Virus record (IMG/VR): IMGVR_UViG_3300048694_000674
Coordinates: 64,001-128,000 of that record
Source of the DNA: a virus
Length of the DNA stretch: 64,000 nucleotides
Direction: 5' to 3' (one strand)
Numbering within the stretch: the first letter of the stretch is position 1; every line of letters starts with the position of its first letter. A program made the position numbers and the translations under genes. Positions 30,498 through 40,570 of the stretch are shown piece by piece. The notes under the pieces were generated by a model that saw nothing but the letters and a program-made list of their open reading frames with translations, did no database searches and was not told where the DNA came from.

Positions 30498-32882
30498 ATG
30501 CCATTTCAACTTAGTCCAGGCGTAAACATCACTGAAATCGACCTGACAACAATTGTTCCTGCAGTTGCCACATCAACTGGCGCTATTGCAGGTGTTTTCA
30601 ATTGGGGTCCGATCGGTGAACGTGTTCTGATTGATTCAGAAACTGCGCTATTAAATACTTTCGGTAAGCCAAATGCTAACAACGCAGAAACATGGTTCAC
30701 TGCAGCTAACTTCTTGGGCTATACAAATAGCCTTTATGTAGTTCGTGCTGCTAACACAACTGCAACAGAAGCTAATACCGTTTCTGCAAAGAACTCATAT
30801 GCTAACGTAGGTTCGGTTTCAAACGGCGCTATCGTTCTCAATAACAACGACTTTGCTGCAAAAGACGGTACATTCGATACAGACATTCTATTCGCTTCTC
30901 GTTATCCAGGCGATATTGGTAACTCACTAGAAATTTCTGTTTGCGATACAGCAAATGCATATTCTTCAAATATTGAGTTAATCTCCTCAACAGCTGCTGT
31001 ATTCAACCTACAGGCTAATGCTACTGGTGTTGATACTACATCAAATACTATCCTTCTTGTAAATGCTAACACAAAGGTAGAAGTTGGCTCAAGACTCGTT
31101 TATACAGTTCCAGCTGGTAACACCGCAATCGGCGGTCTAAACGGTGGTTCGGTTTATTACGTTTCATTCGTTAACAGCTCTGCTTTTGCCCTTACAACAA
31201 GTCCAGGTGGTCCAAACGTAAATATCACAGAATCAAGAACTGGTGTTGCTGAAACTCACACTGTTTCTAACTTCCAGGACACAAAGGCTACTTTCTCAAT
31301 TACTATTGGTTCTCGTTTCGCAACAGTAGCTGCTACATCAACTAGCGGTAACGTAACTGCCGCAAACGCATTGCTTACTTCTGTATTGGGCGGTCTAACT
31401 GTTGGCGATAATGTTACACTCGGTAACAGCTCAATTGGTATTCAGTACAATACTATTAGATCCATAACAAATAGCTCAAACGCTACTGTATCAACTGGCA
31501 CAGTAGTATTCGATAACATCTATAGCCTAAGCAAAGACTTTGTTGCTAATACATCAGAGAACGGTACAGCAACATCTGTTCTAATCAATCGTAAATGGGC
31601 ATATTTCAATGTAATCGAAAGTGCTCCAACAACATCAGAATATGTTTCTGGATTTGGAAACTCATCTGCTGTTGATACAATGAGCATCGTTGTTGTTGAC
31701 CAGGACGGTCGTTTCACTGGCACTCCAGGCGCTCTTCTTGAAACATACGTAAATGTTTCACGTGCGAAAGATGCTAAGACAGTTGGCGGTCAAACAAACT
31801 ACTACAGAAACTTGATCAATAACAGTTCAAGATACATCTGGGCTATCAATGATCGCTCAAATGCTGCTTCAAACACTGCAATGAATATTGCTTCTTCAAC
31901 TAACTATACACCTCTAACACTTTCGTTCGTTGGTGGTGCTGATGGTTATACAGAATCAACTGTTCCTCTATCAGTAATTACAAGCGGCTATCAGTTGTTT
32001 GCTTCTCCTGAAGATGTTGATGTTTCTCTCATCCTTCAAGGTAAGCCAATCAGCGGTTCTACTTCATCTGGTGGATTCACAGTTGGCAACTTCCAGCTAG
32101 CAAATTATCTAATCGATAACATTGCTGACGTAAGAAAAGACTGCGTTGTATTCCTTACTCCAGATGACGCTATTACAACAGGTAATGTCGGTAACGAATC
32201 TTCAGCAATTGTTGCTTGGAGAAACGTAATTCACGATAGCTCATATGCTGTAATGGACTCTGGCTACAAGTATATGTACGATCGTTACAACGACCTATAT
32301 CGCTATGTACCAACAAACGGCGACGTAGCTGGTCTTTGCGCTCGTACTGACTCACAGCGCGACCCATGGTGGTCACCAGCTGGTCTAAATCGTGGTCAGA
32401 TCAGAAACGTAGTAAAAATGCGTTACAATCCAGGCAAGTCAGCAAGAGACAACCTTTACAAGAATGGTGTCAACCCAGTTGTATCATTCCCAGGAGAAGG
32501 AACTGTTCTTTATGGCGATAAGACTCTTCAGTCTAAGCCATCAGCATTCGATCGTATCAATGTTCGTCGTCTGTTTATTGTTCTGGAGAAAGCAATTGCA
32601 ACTGCTTCTAAGTTCACTCTATTCGAGTTCAACGATGAGTTTACAAGAGCGCAGTTCAAGAACTTGATCACTCCTTATCTTCGTGACATTCAGGGTCGTC
32701 GTGGTATCACTGACTTCTTGGTTGTTTGCGATAACACAAACAATACGCCTCAGGTGATCGATTCGAATCAGTTCGTCGGTGATATCTATATTAAGCCAGC
32801 TCGTTCAATCAACTTCATTCAGCTTAACTTTGTTGCTGTCGCTACAGGTGTTCAGTTCTCTGAAGTTGTTGGCAAGTTCTAA
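30498..32882 (+). CDS. gp18: Tail sheath protein gp18
   Basis: LSPGVNITEIDLT...WWSPAG.NRG...FDRINVRRLF...IKPARSINFI. Confidence 0.96.
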   Translation: MPFQLSPGVNITEIDLTTIVPAVATSTGAIAGVFNWGPIGERVLIDSETALLNTFGKPNANNAETWFTAANFLGYTNSLYVVRAANTTATEANTVSAKNSYANVGSVSNGAIVLNNNDFAAKDGTFDTDILFASRYPGDIGNSLEISVCDTANAYSSNIELISSTAAVFNLQANATGVDTTSNTILLVNANTKVEVGSRLVYTVPAGNTAIGGLNGGSVYYVSFVNSSAFALTTSPGGPNVNITESRTGVAETHTVSNFQDTKATFSITIGSRFATVAATSTSGNVTAANALLTSVLGGLTVGDNVTLGNSSIGIQYNTIRSITNSSNATVSTGTVVFDNIYSLSKDFVANTSENGTATSVLINRKWAYFNVIESAPTTSEYVSGFGNSSAVDTMSIVVVDQDGRFTGTPGALLETYVNVSRAKDAKTVGGQTNYYRNLINNSSRYIWAINDRSNAASNTAMNIASSTNYTPLTLSFVGGADGYTESTVPLSVITSGYQLFASPEDVDVSLILQGKPISGSTSSGGFTVGNFQLANYLIDNIADVRKDCVVFLTPDDAITTGNVGNESSAIVAWRNVIHDSSYAVMDSGYKYMYDRYNDLYRYVPTNGDVAGLCARTDSQRDPWWSPAGLNRGQIRNVVKMRYNPGKSARDNLYKNGVNPVVSFPGEGTVLYGDKTLQSKPSAFDRINVRRLFIVLEKAIATASKFTLFEFNDEFTRAQFKNLITPYLRDIQGRRGITDFLVVCDNTNNTPQVIDSNQFVGDIYIKPARSINFIQLNFVAVATGVQFSEVVGKF

Positions 32883-32915
32883 TAAATAGATAAAACTCGA
32901 AAGGGAGTATAATAA

Positions 32916-33512
32916 ATGGCTTCAGGTTTCAATATTAGCACTTTTAAGTCAAGAGGTCTAACTCTTGGCGGTGCTCGTCCTTCGCTGTTCGAAGTGTACT
33001 TGTCAATTCCACCATTCGTTGCGGCAGATACTGGATCGGATACCAAATTCCGATTCACCTGCCGTGCGGCACAACTACCAGCTGCTACAGTTAGCGCGAT
33101 CGATGTAAATTACTTCGGTCGTCCTATTAAATTTGCTGGCGATAGAACATTTGCTGATTGGACAGTAACAGTAATGAACGACGAAGATTTCCTCGTTCGC
33201 TCAATGTTCGAAAAGTGGTCAAATGCTCTAAACAAGCTACAGGCTAACGTTCGTCAGGCTTATGGTTCAGAAAACGACTATAAGGCAACATTGAATGTTC
33301 TCCAATATTCAAAGTCTGGTAATCTAATCCGTGGTTACGATATTATTGGTGCTTTCCCAACAACAGTTGATTCTATCGACCTAAATTGGGATGCAACAAA
33401 CCAGATCGAAACATTCGGTGTTACATTCTCTTATGATTATTGGTTGCCAACTGATGGTACAGAGCTAAGAAATGCTTATCTTGGTTCTGCAACATCGCCT
33501 GTTTCAACTTAA
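32916..33512 (+). CDS. gp19: Tail tube protein gp19
   Basis: GGARPSLFEV...AGDRTFADWTVTVMNDEDF. Confidence 0.94.
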   Translation: MASGFNISTFKSRGLTLGGARPSLFEVYLSIPPFVAADTGSDTKFRFTCRAAQLPAATVSAIDVNYFGRPIKFAGDRTFADWTVTVMNDEDFLVRSMFEKWSNALNKLQANVRQAYGSENDYKATLNVLQYSKSGNLIRGYDIIGAFPTTVDSIDLNWDATNQIETFGVTFSYDYWLPTDGTELRNAYLGSATSPVST

Positions 33513-33594
33513 TATATATGATGATAGCCTCTTTTAGATTAATGTAATTTTAGAGAGGGGCTACCCAGCCCCTCATCTATTTGAAGGAACAAAA

Positions 33595-35322
33595 ATGGCA
33601 GAATTATTTGGATTCGAATTCAAAAGAAAAGTAACAGTAGATAAACAACAGCCTTCTTTTACACCAAAAGATACTGATGATGGTGCAGTTGTTGTTGCTG
33701 CTGGTGGTTCTTTTGGAACGTATGTTGATCTTGATGGTACAGTAAGAACAGAAGCAGAGTTAGTAACAAAGTATCGTGAAATGGCATTGCAGCCTGAATG
33801 CGATTCAGCTGTTGATGAAATTATCAATGAATCAATGTCTATTGATGAAGAAGAGATTGTAAAGATTAATCTCGATCAATTAGAAGTTACCGAAACAATC
33901 AAAAAAGCTATTCGCGATGAGTTCAATAATGTACTAAACATTCTTGATTTCAATCGTCATGCATATGAAATATATCGCCGTTGGTATGTTGATGGTCGTC
34001 TTTATTACCATGTTGTTATTGATGACAAAGATCCAAAGGCAGGTATCAAAGAAGTCAGATATATTGACCCACGCAAAATTCGTAAAATTCGTGAAGTCTC
34101 TAAGAAAAGAGCAATTGGTGGCGAAACTAATGAAGCTGTCATCACTAAGGTTCAGAACGAATATTACATTTACAATGACAAAGGTTTCAACTATGGCAAC
34201 AAATCAGTAGGTCCAACTACCACTGGTTTACGTATTGCCAAAGATTCTATTCTTCATATTACATCTGGTTTGACAGACACAAATGGTACGATGGTTCTGT
34301 CATATCTTCACAAATCAATCAAAGCATTAAATCAGCTGCGCACTCTTGAGGATGCATTAGTTATTTATCGTCTTGCTCGTGCGCCAGAACGTCGTATTTG
34401 GTATATTGATGTTGGCAATCTCCCAAAGATCAAAGCTGAACAGTATGTTCGTGATATTATGGTCAAACACAAAAATCGTTTGATCTATGATGCTGAAAGT
34501 GGAAATATCAGAGACGATCGCAAATTTATGACTATGCTCGAAGACTACTGGCTACCAAGACGTGATGGTGGTAAGGGTACAGAAGTTACAACACTTCCTG
34601 GCGGTCAAACACTCGGACAGATGGACGATGTTCTTTATTTCCAGAAAAAGTTTTTCCAAACACTCAATGTGCCTGTTAACAGACTTAATTCAGATGCATT
34701 GTTTTCATTAGGTCGTGCAACAGAAGTTACTCGTGATGAATTGAAGTTTTCTAAGTTTATCTCGAGACTCCGTGGTAAGTTTGCTTATCTGTTTGTCAAA
34801 ATGCTTGAGAAGCAATTGGTATTGAAGCAGGTAATGACAATCGAAGACTTCGAGAACATTTCACCTGATCTCAAGTTTGACTTCTCTAAGGATAATTACT
34901 TCACTGAATTAAAAGACGGTGAAATTATCGAGAACAGAATTAATCTTGCTCGTAATCTACAGGATATGGTTGGTAAGTATTATTCGAATGAGTGGCTCCG
35001 TAAAAACATTCTTCAACAATCAGAAGATGATATCGAAGAGATGGATGAACAAATCGAAGAAGAAGCAAACTCTGGCGATCCTCGTTGGTTGAATCCTCAG
35101 TTGCAACAAAACGAAATGATGCAACAACAAATGGGTGAAACAGAACAACAGGCATTAGCTTCTGATGAAGATACTGATGCTACCCCAGCCACTGATGAGA
35201 AAAACAAAAAGATTCAGAATGCAAAAGCTCAGTATGATCTGCTTTCTCAAAAGAAAAACAGAACACTAGCTGATGAAGCTAAATTAAAATCAGCTACTCA
35301 AATATTAGCTCGAAATAAATAA
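33595..35322 (+). CDS. gp20: Portal protein gp20
   Basis: YRLARAPERRIWYIDVGNLPK...EDYWLPRRDGGKGTEVTTLPGG. Confidence 0.96.
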   Translation: MAELFGFEFKRKVTVDKQQPSFTPKDTDDGAVVVAAGGSFGTYVDLDGTVRTEAELVTKYREMALQPECDSAVDEIINESMSIDEEEIVKINLDQLEVTETIKKAIRDEFNNVLNILDFNRHAYEIYRRWYVDGRLYYHVVIDDKDPKAGIKEVRYIDPRKIRKIREVSKKRAIGGETNEAVITKVQNEYYIYNDKGFNYGNKSVGPTTTGLRIAKDSILHITSGLTDTNGTMVLSYLHKSIKALNQLRTLEDALVIYRLARAPERRIWYIDVGNLPKIKAEQYVRDIMVKHKNRLIYDAESGNIRDDRKFMTMLEDYWLPRRDGGKGTEVTTLPGGQTLGQMDDVLYFQKKFFQTLNVPVNRLNSDALFSLGRATEVTRDELKFSKFISRLRGKFAYLFVKMLEKQLVLKQVMTIEDFENISPDLKFDFSKDNYFTELKDGEIIENRINLARNLQDMVGKYYSNEWLRKNILQQSEDDIEEMDEQIEEEANSGDPRWLNPQLQQNEMMQQQMGETEQQALASDEDTDATPATDEKNKKIQNAKAQYDLLSQKKNRTLADEAKLKSATQILARNK

Positions 35323-35335
35323 TTGGAGATGAAAA

Positions 35336-35590
35336 ATGGATGATAATGTAACTGTACAGGATTTGATTTACCATTCTTATGAACAAAAGCCTATTGAGTT
35401 TCAAAACACATTTAATACATTAATGTCTGACAAAATTACTGCTGCTATTAATGATAGAAAAATGGAAGTAGCTCAGACAATGTTTAGAGACCAACAGGAA
35501 TATGAAGAAGAAGATCAAGAGGAACAACCTGATACGGAAATAGAATCAGAAACGGATCAAGAGGAAACATCAGATGGCGAAACTACTTAA
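35336..35590 (+). CDS. Prohead core protein (gp67-like)
   Basis: Small acidic protein directly after portal. Confidence 0.6.
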   Translation: MDDNVTVQDLIYHSYEQKPIEFQNTFNTLMSDKITAAINDRKMEVAQTMFRDQQEYEEEDQEEQPDTEIESETDQEETSDGETT

Positions 35591-36998
35591 AGATATTTTA
35601 AAACAAGCGCACGACACTATCAAGGGAGTTCGTCCATCCACTACTGTTGATGGCTCCATTGGTAAAGATCCTGGCGTTGATTACGATCCAAAAGCTGGTG
35701 ACGAACAAGACTTTGTTGCCAAGCATTCCGTACAGAAATGGGATGACCCGAACGGTAATAGCACTGGCGTATTTACTTCTCAAAAGGGTGAAGCTCCTTA
35801 CCAGAAGCAATCCAAAGGTGTTTACGAATCAAAAAAAGATGAGGACACCAAGTGTAATATGTCAGAAGCTGGCTCTTGGTGTCCAATGCACGAAATGGCT
35901 GACTGCTCAAAAATGACCAAGATTAATGAGATTTCAAAATCGACTCTTGGTTCATACATCAAAAAGTCTTCGCAGGATTTGAAAAATATTGAAGCTGGTC
36001 GCGAAAAGAATGCAGGTTATGCAGCGCATGTAAAAACAAATCGCATGCAAACTAATAGAACCAAAGGTATTAATAGAGCTGTAAATAAACTCGCAAAAGA
36101 AGAAGTTGAGCAGATTGATGAGCTTTCTTCTGCTACGTATAAATCTGCAATGCATAAAGCTTCCAACAGAGCTATGTGGGATCCCCAGGGACCAAAAGGA
36201 CCAATGTATAAAAAATACAAAACAATGGCACAAAAGTTCCGTGATAAAGGAATGGACCAGGAAAAGAAAGAAAAGGCTTCTATGAAAGAAGAAGTCGAGC
36301 TCGATGAAGTATCAAAGGCAACACTTGGTTCTTATGTAAATAAAGCTGATGATTCTGTGAGAGCATTATCAAGAAAAACTGTTGTTGGTAATGCTTCACC
36401 AGAACAAAAAAAGAAATTCTATGACAATAATGATAGAAAAATCGATAAAAGATTTGATTCGATGGATTTAGCTATCAAAAAGTTATCAGGTAAAGCCAAA
36501 GTAAATGCAAAAGAAGAAGTCGAGCTCGATGAAGTAATTACAAAGAAAACATCAGCTGGCGAAGTTATTTCTGACTTCATTCATTCAAAGAATCCTAAGT
36601 TTGCTGGTAAGTCAAAAGAAGAACGTAAGCGTATGGCTCTTGGTGCTTATTATTCAAAGCATCCAGAAAAGTCAAAGAGCGTTAAAGAAGATCTTGCTGT
36701 TCCTTTACTCGGTGGTGAACCACCACGTGGTCATTCAGATGAAGCTGCAGAGATGGTAAAGTCAGAGTTGAAAGCTCTTGCTAATAAAGCAATGCATCTT
36801 ATTTCTCAAATGCCAGACTCAATGCATGTCGAGCCATGGATTCAAGCTAAAATTGCACAAGCAAAAGAACATGTCTCAGCTGTTCACGATTATATGATCT
36901 ATGGCGATCATGATAAGCAAGATGAAAAAGAGCAGATGGACACACCAATGACATTTCCAAATATGTCAGTAGATGTTAATACAGGAAGAAACGTATGA
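35574..36998 (+). CDS. Prohead core/internal head protein with repeated modules (gp68 position)
   Basis: Between gp67-like and gp21; EEVELDE-linked basic modules; FAGKSKEERKRMALGAYY and EPWIQAKI motifs. Confidence 0.6.
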   Translation: MAKLLKDILKQAHDTIKGVRPSTTVDGSIGKDPGVDYDPKAGDEQDFVAKHSVQKWDDPNGNSTGVFTSQKGEAPYQKQSKGVYESKKDEDTKCNMSEAGSWCPMHEMADCSKMTKINEISKSTLGSYIKKSSQDLKNIEAGREKNAGYAAHVKTNRMQTNRTKGINRAVNKLAKEEVEQIDELSSATYKSAMHKASNRAMWDPQGPKGPMYKKYKTMAQKFRDKGMDQEKKEKASMKEEVELDEVSKATLGSYVNKADDSVRALSRKTVVGNASPEQKKKFYDNNDRKIDKRFDSMDLAIKKLSGKAKVNAKEEVELDEVITKKTSAGEVISDFIHSKNPKFAGKSKEERKRMALGAYYSKHPEKSKSVKEDLAVPLLGGEPPRGHSDEAAEMVKSELKALANKAMHLISQMPDSMHVEPWIQAKIAQAKEHVSAVHDYMIYGDHDKQDEKEQMDTPMTFPNMSVDVNTGRNV

Positions 36999-37243
36999 TT
37001 TACAAACTATTAGGCGATGAAGTCAATATTAATAGTACAGCTAATAATGTTGGTTCGAATAGACTGGTCCGTGTTGTAAATGCAGGAACTGGTAACACTG
37101 TTTTGCTTGTAAGATATGCAAATGGCACTCAATATGCTTCAACAACTGTTCTTGCTAATAGCGAAATAGTAATTCTTAAAGATTCAACAGATCTTATTAT
37201 TGGCAGCAATATGTTTGCAACTGCCGTAGCTTATAAGGCATAA
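36995..37243 (+). CDS. Small head-region protein
   Basis: ORF coupled to neighbours, upstream of gp21. Confidence 0.55.
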   Translation: MIYKLLGDEVNINSTANNVGSNRLVRVVNAGTGNTVLLVRYANGTQYASTTVLANSEIVILKDSTDLIIGSNMFATAVAYKA

Positions 37244-37245
37244 AA

Positions 37246-37914
37246 ATGAAACTTATTACCGAACTTTTTGAAGACGTTCAATATATCGCCGAAGCAAAAG
37301 AAAACGGTGATAAGGAACACTTCATTGAAGGTGTATTCCTTCAGGCTAACCGTAAAAACCGTAACGGACGTGTGTATCCATTGAACATAATGGAAGGCGA
37401 AGTTAATCGTTATATGGATGAGGTTGTTAAACACAATCGCGGATATGGCGAACTTGGTCATCCACAAGGACCACAAATTAACCTCGACAGAGTATCACAT
37501 ATTATTACAGAGCTTCGTCGTGATGGCGACAACTTCATTGGCAAGGCAAGACTTACCGATACTCCTATGGGCAATATCGCAAAGGGTCTTCTAAAGTCTG
37601 GTGCTAATCTTGGTGTTTCTTCTCGTGGTATGGGAACACTTACACCAAGCAAAGACGGATCAATGGTTGTTGGACCTGATTTTCGTCTTGCTACTGCAGC
37701 AGATATCGTTGCTGATCCTTCCGCTCCAGATGCCTTTGTTAAGGGTATTATGGAAGGCGTAGAGTGGATTTATGATCCTGTCAAGGATTCATGGCATGAA
37801 GAAAAATTAGATAATATGAAAAAAGCTATGCATAAAATGACAATGGACCAGATTGAAGAAAGCAAATTTGCTATTTTCGAATCATATCTAACATCTTTAA
37901 TGACTAAAAAATAA
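37246..37914 (+). CDS. gp21: Prohead protease gp21
   Basis: NRNGRVYP, GELGHP, LGVSSRGMG, DIVADPSAPDA. Confidence 0.96.
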   Translation: MKLITELFEDVQYIAEAKENGDKEHFIEGVFLQANRKNRNGRVYPLNIMEGEVNRYMDEVVKHNRGYGELGHPQGPQINLDRVSHIITELRRDGDNFIGKARLTDTPMGNIAKGLLKSGANLGVSSRGMGTLTPSKDGSMVVGPDFRLATAADIVADPSAPDAFVKGIMEGVEWIYDPVKDSWHEEKLDNMKKAMHKMTMDQIEESKFAIFESYLTSLMTKK

Positions 37915-37918
37915 TTTT

Positions 37919-37926
37919 TATAAATA
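37919..37926 (+). promoter_or_regulatory. T4-type late promoter TATAAATA
   Basis: Exact consensus upstream of gp22. Confidence 0.78.
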
Positions 37927-37960
37927 ATTGTAAATTATTCTAGGTATAGGAGACCTTTAA

Positions 37961-39001
37961 ATGACAGACCAAGTAGAAAACGTTGAAGCTATCGAAGAAG
38001 GCACACTAGCTGCTAGCTCTCTTCAACCAGCTTCCAAGCCAGTTGGATCAGATCCAAAATCACGTATCGAAATGATGCTTTCCGTTATCCGTGGTATTGA
38101 CTCAATGCCAAAGAAAGATTTCGTAAAGTGGTTCGATCAACAGCAAGCTGTATTCGGTCCTGGTAAGGATTACGGCGTTGGCGATAAGTCAGCTGCAAAT
38201 CAAGCTACTATCGACATGACAACTGGTAAGGGTCCAAAGACACGCGACGCAATGCCGAAGCTCAATGTTAAGGAAGACGTCGAAGAAATGTTCTCTGGTT
38301 CAGATCTTTCTGAAGAGTTCAAAGACAAGGCAGCAACACTTTTCGAAGCAGCCATATCTGCTCGCATTATTGCTGAACAGGCTCGTCTCGATGAAGAAAT
38401 GGAAGTAAAGCTACAGGAAGCCATTTCTGAAATCAATGAAGAATTAACAACAAAAGTTGATTCATATCTCGACTATGTTGTCGAGCAATGGTTAGAAGAT
38501 AATGCCGTTGCTATTGAATCAACACTACGTAACGAAATTATGGAAGAATTCATGGATGGTCTAAAGGGACTATTCGCAGAGCATTACATCGACGTTCCAC
38601 AGGAAAAGGTTGATGTTATTGAATCACTTGCTTCTAAGATCGAAGAGCTCGAAGGAAAGCTCGACGAACAGATCACAGAAAACACTGAAATCAAGCGTTC
38701 TCTTGTTGATTCTGAAAAGAAGGAAGTATTCGAGTCATTCCTTGATGATCTTGCACTAACACAGCAAGAAAAGTTCAAAGCATTGGCAGAAGGCGTTGAC
38801 TTTGATGGCGACATTGAAGTTTATGCAAAGAAGCTAGCTATCATTAAGGAAAACTATTTTGCTACAGAGAAGAAGGCTCCAGGGTCAACTAATATTGTTG
38901 AAGAAACCTTTGAAGCTGAGACAGATACAAAAAATGTATCCGTTAAAGACCCTGCAGTAAATCGCTACGTAGAAGCTATTTCAAGATCATTGAAAAAGTA
39001 A
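37961..39001 (+). CDS. gp22: Prohead scaffold protein gp22
   Basis: LSEEFKDKAATLFEAA...VDSYLDYVVEQW, acidic coiled coil. Confidence 0.92.
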   Translation: MTDQVENVEAIEEGTLAASSLQPASKPVGSDPKSRIEMMLSVIRGIDSMPKKDFVKWFDQQQAVFGPGKDYGVGDKSAANQATIDMTTGKGPKTRDAMPKLNVKEDVEEMFSGSDLSEEFKDKAATLFEAAISARIIAEQARLDEEMEVKLQEAISEINEELTTKVDSYLDYVVEQWLEDNAVAIESTLRNEIMEEFMDGLKGLFAEHYIDVPQEKVDVIESLASKIEELEGKLDEQITENTEIKRSLVDSEKKEVFESFLDDLALTQQEKFKALAEGVDFDGDIEVYAKKLAIIKENYFATEKKAPGSTNIVEETFEAETDTKNVSVKDPAVNRYVEAISRSLKK

Positions 39002-39005
39002 CAAT

Positions 39006-39013
39006 TATAAATA
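39006..39013 (+). promoter_or_regulatory. T4-type late promoter TATAAATA
   Basis: Exact consensus upstream of gp23. Confidence 0.8.
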
Positions 39014-39046
39014 TTTAACTAACCCAGTATAGAAAGGGAGACAAAA

Positions 39047-40450
39047 ATGTATCTAGCTGAGGAAATTCAAAACAAGTGGGCGCCAGTCCTTGACCATGAA
39101 GGTCTTGGTGCTATTAAGGATCAAACTCGCCGTTCAGTAACTGCAGTTGTCCTAGAAAACACAGAGCGCGCACTTCGCGAAGCTGGTGCTCATGGTTCAT
39201 ACCAGACTCTTACAGAATCACCAACAGCTGCTTCTGTAATTCCAGCTAACTTCATGGGCGGTTCAAGCTCAACAGCTGGTTCTGGTGGTATCGATACATT
39301 CGATCCAGTATTGATTTCACTCGTTCGTCGTGCAATGCCAAACCTTATTGCCTATGACATCTGCGGCGTTCAGCCAATGACAGGTCCAACTGGTTTGATT
39401 TTCGCAATGCGTTCGAAGTATAACAACCAAGGTAACGGTACTTCTGCTTCATCTTACGGTGGATCACAGGACAACGAAACCTTCTACAACGAAGTTAATA
39501 CTGCGTTCTCAACTGTCGTTGCTAACAAGACTGGTCTTGGTAACAACTTCACTGGTACAATTCCAGGCAATTCAAACACAACACCATTGACATCTCTTTC
39601 GAACTATAATACTGGTTCTGCTATGGCAACAGCTCAGGCTGAAGCTCTTGGTACATACCAGAATTCAGACTTCGCTCAGATGGCATTCAGCATTGAGAAG
39701 GTAACTGTAACTGCTCAGTCACGTGCTCTCAAGGCAGAATACTCAATGGAACTCGCTCAGGATCTTAAGGCTATCCATGGTCTTGATGCTGAAACAGAAC
39801 TTGCTAACATTCTTTCAGCTGAAATTCTTGCTGAAATTAATCGTGAAGTAGTTCGTACTATCAACATCACTGCTGTTCCAGGCGCTCAGGACAATACAAC
39901 TACTGCTGGTGTATTCGATCTTGACACTGACTCAAACGGTCGTTGGTCAGTTGAAAAGTTCAAGGGACTTATGTTCCAGCTAGAGCGTGAAGCTAACCAG
40001 ATTGCTAAGCAAACCCGTAGAGGAAAGGGTAACATCGTTATCTGTTCTTCAGACGTTGCTTCTGCTCTTCAGATGGCTGGTGTTCTCGACTACGCTCCTG
40101 CTCTCAACTCAAACAACCTACAAGTAGACGATACAGGTAACACTTTCGCTGGTGTTCTCAATGGTCGCCTTCGTGTTTACATCGACCCATACGCAATCGG
40201 TGGTAACTATCTAACTGTTGGCTATAAGGGTTCTTCAGCATTCGATGCTGGTCTCTTCTATTGCCCATATGTTCCACTCCAAATGGTTCGTGCAGTTGAT
40301 CAGTCAAGCTTCCAACCAAAGATCGGCTTTAAGACTCGTTACGGAATGGTCGCAAACCCATTCGCTGAAGGTCTTAACAAGGGATCTGGTGAGCTTGTTC
40401 TTTCAACAAACAAGTACTATCGTCGCGTTATCGTCAATAATTTGATGTGA
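39047..40450 (+). CDS. gp23: Major capsid protein gp23
   Basis: LVRRAMPNLIAYDICGVQPMTGPTGLIFAMR...ELAQDLKAIHGLDAE...FQPKIGFKTRYG. Confidence 0.98.
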   Translation: MYLAEEIQNKWAPVLDHEGLGAIKDQTRRSVTAVVLENTERALREAGAHGSYQTLTESPTAASVIPANFMGGSSSTAGSGGIDTFDPVLISLVRRAMPNLIAYDICGVQPMTGPTGLIFAMRSKYNNQGNGTSASSYGGSQDNETFYNEVNTAFSTVVANKTGLGNNFTGTIPGNSNTTPLTSLSNYNTGSAMATAQAEALGTYQNSDFAQMAFSIEKVTVTAQSRALKAEYSMELAQDLKAIHGLDAETELANILSAEILAEINREVVRTINITAVPGAQDNTTTAGVFDLDTDSNGRWSVEKFKGLMFQLEREANQIAKQTRRGKGNIVICSSDVASALQMAGVLDYAPALNSNNLQVDDTGNTFAGVLNGRLRVYIDPYAIGGNYLTVGYKGSSAFDAGLFYCPYVPLQMVRAVDQSSFQPKIGFKTRYGMVANPFAEGLNKGSGELVLSTNKYYRRVIVNNLM

Positions 40451-40485
40451 CGGGCTACTTTTCGCCTTATTTGGTGAATAAATAT

Positions 40486-40512
40486 ACCAGGGGCTTCGGT
40501 CCCTGGTTTTTT
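40486..40512 (+). terminator. Intrinsic terminator after gp23
   Basis: ACCAGGGG-C(TTCG)G-TCCCTGGT hairpin followed by a T-run. Confidence 0.85.
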
Positions 40513-40570
40513 ATTGTCCGTCGCGGAGTACCATTCCCACGGACTCTATATCTTATAAGGAGATACAGCG

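Noticed and set aside
33555-33574. GAGGGGCT/AGCCCCTC hairpin as a terminator before gp20
   Set aside because: No U-tract follows; it may be a stability hairpin but cannot be called.
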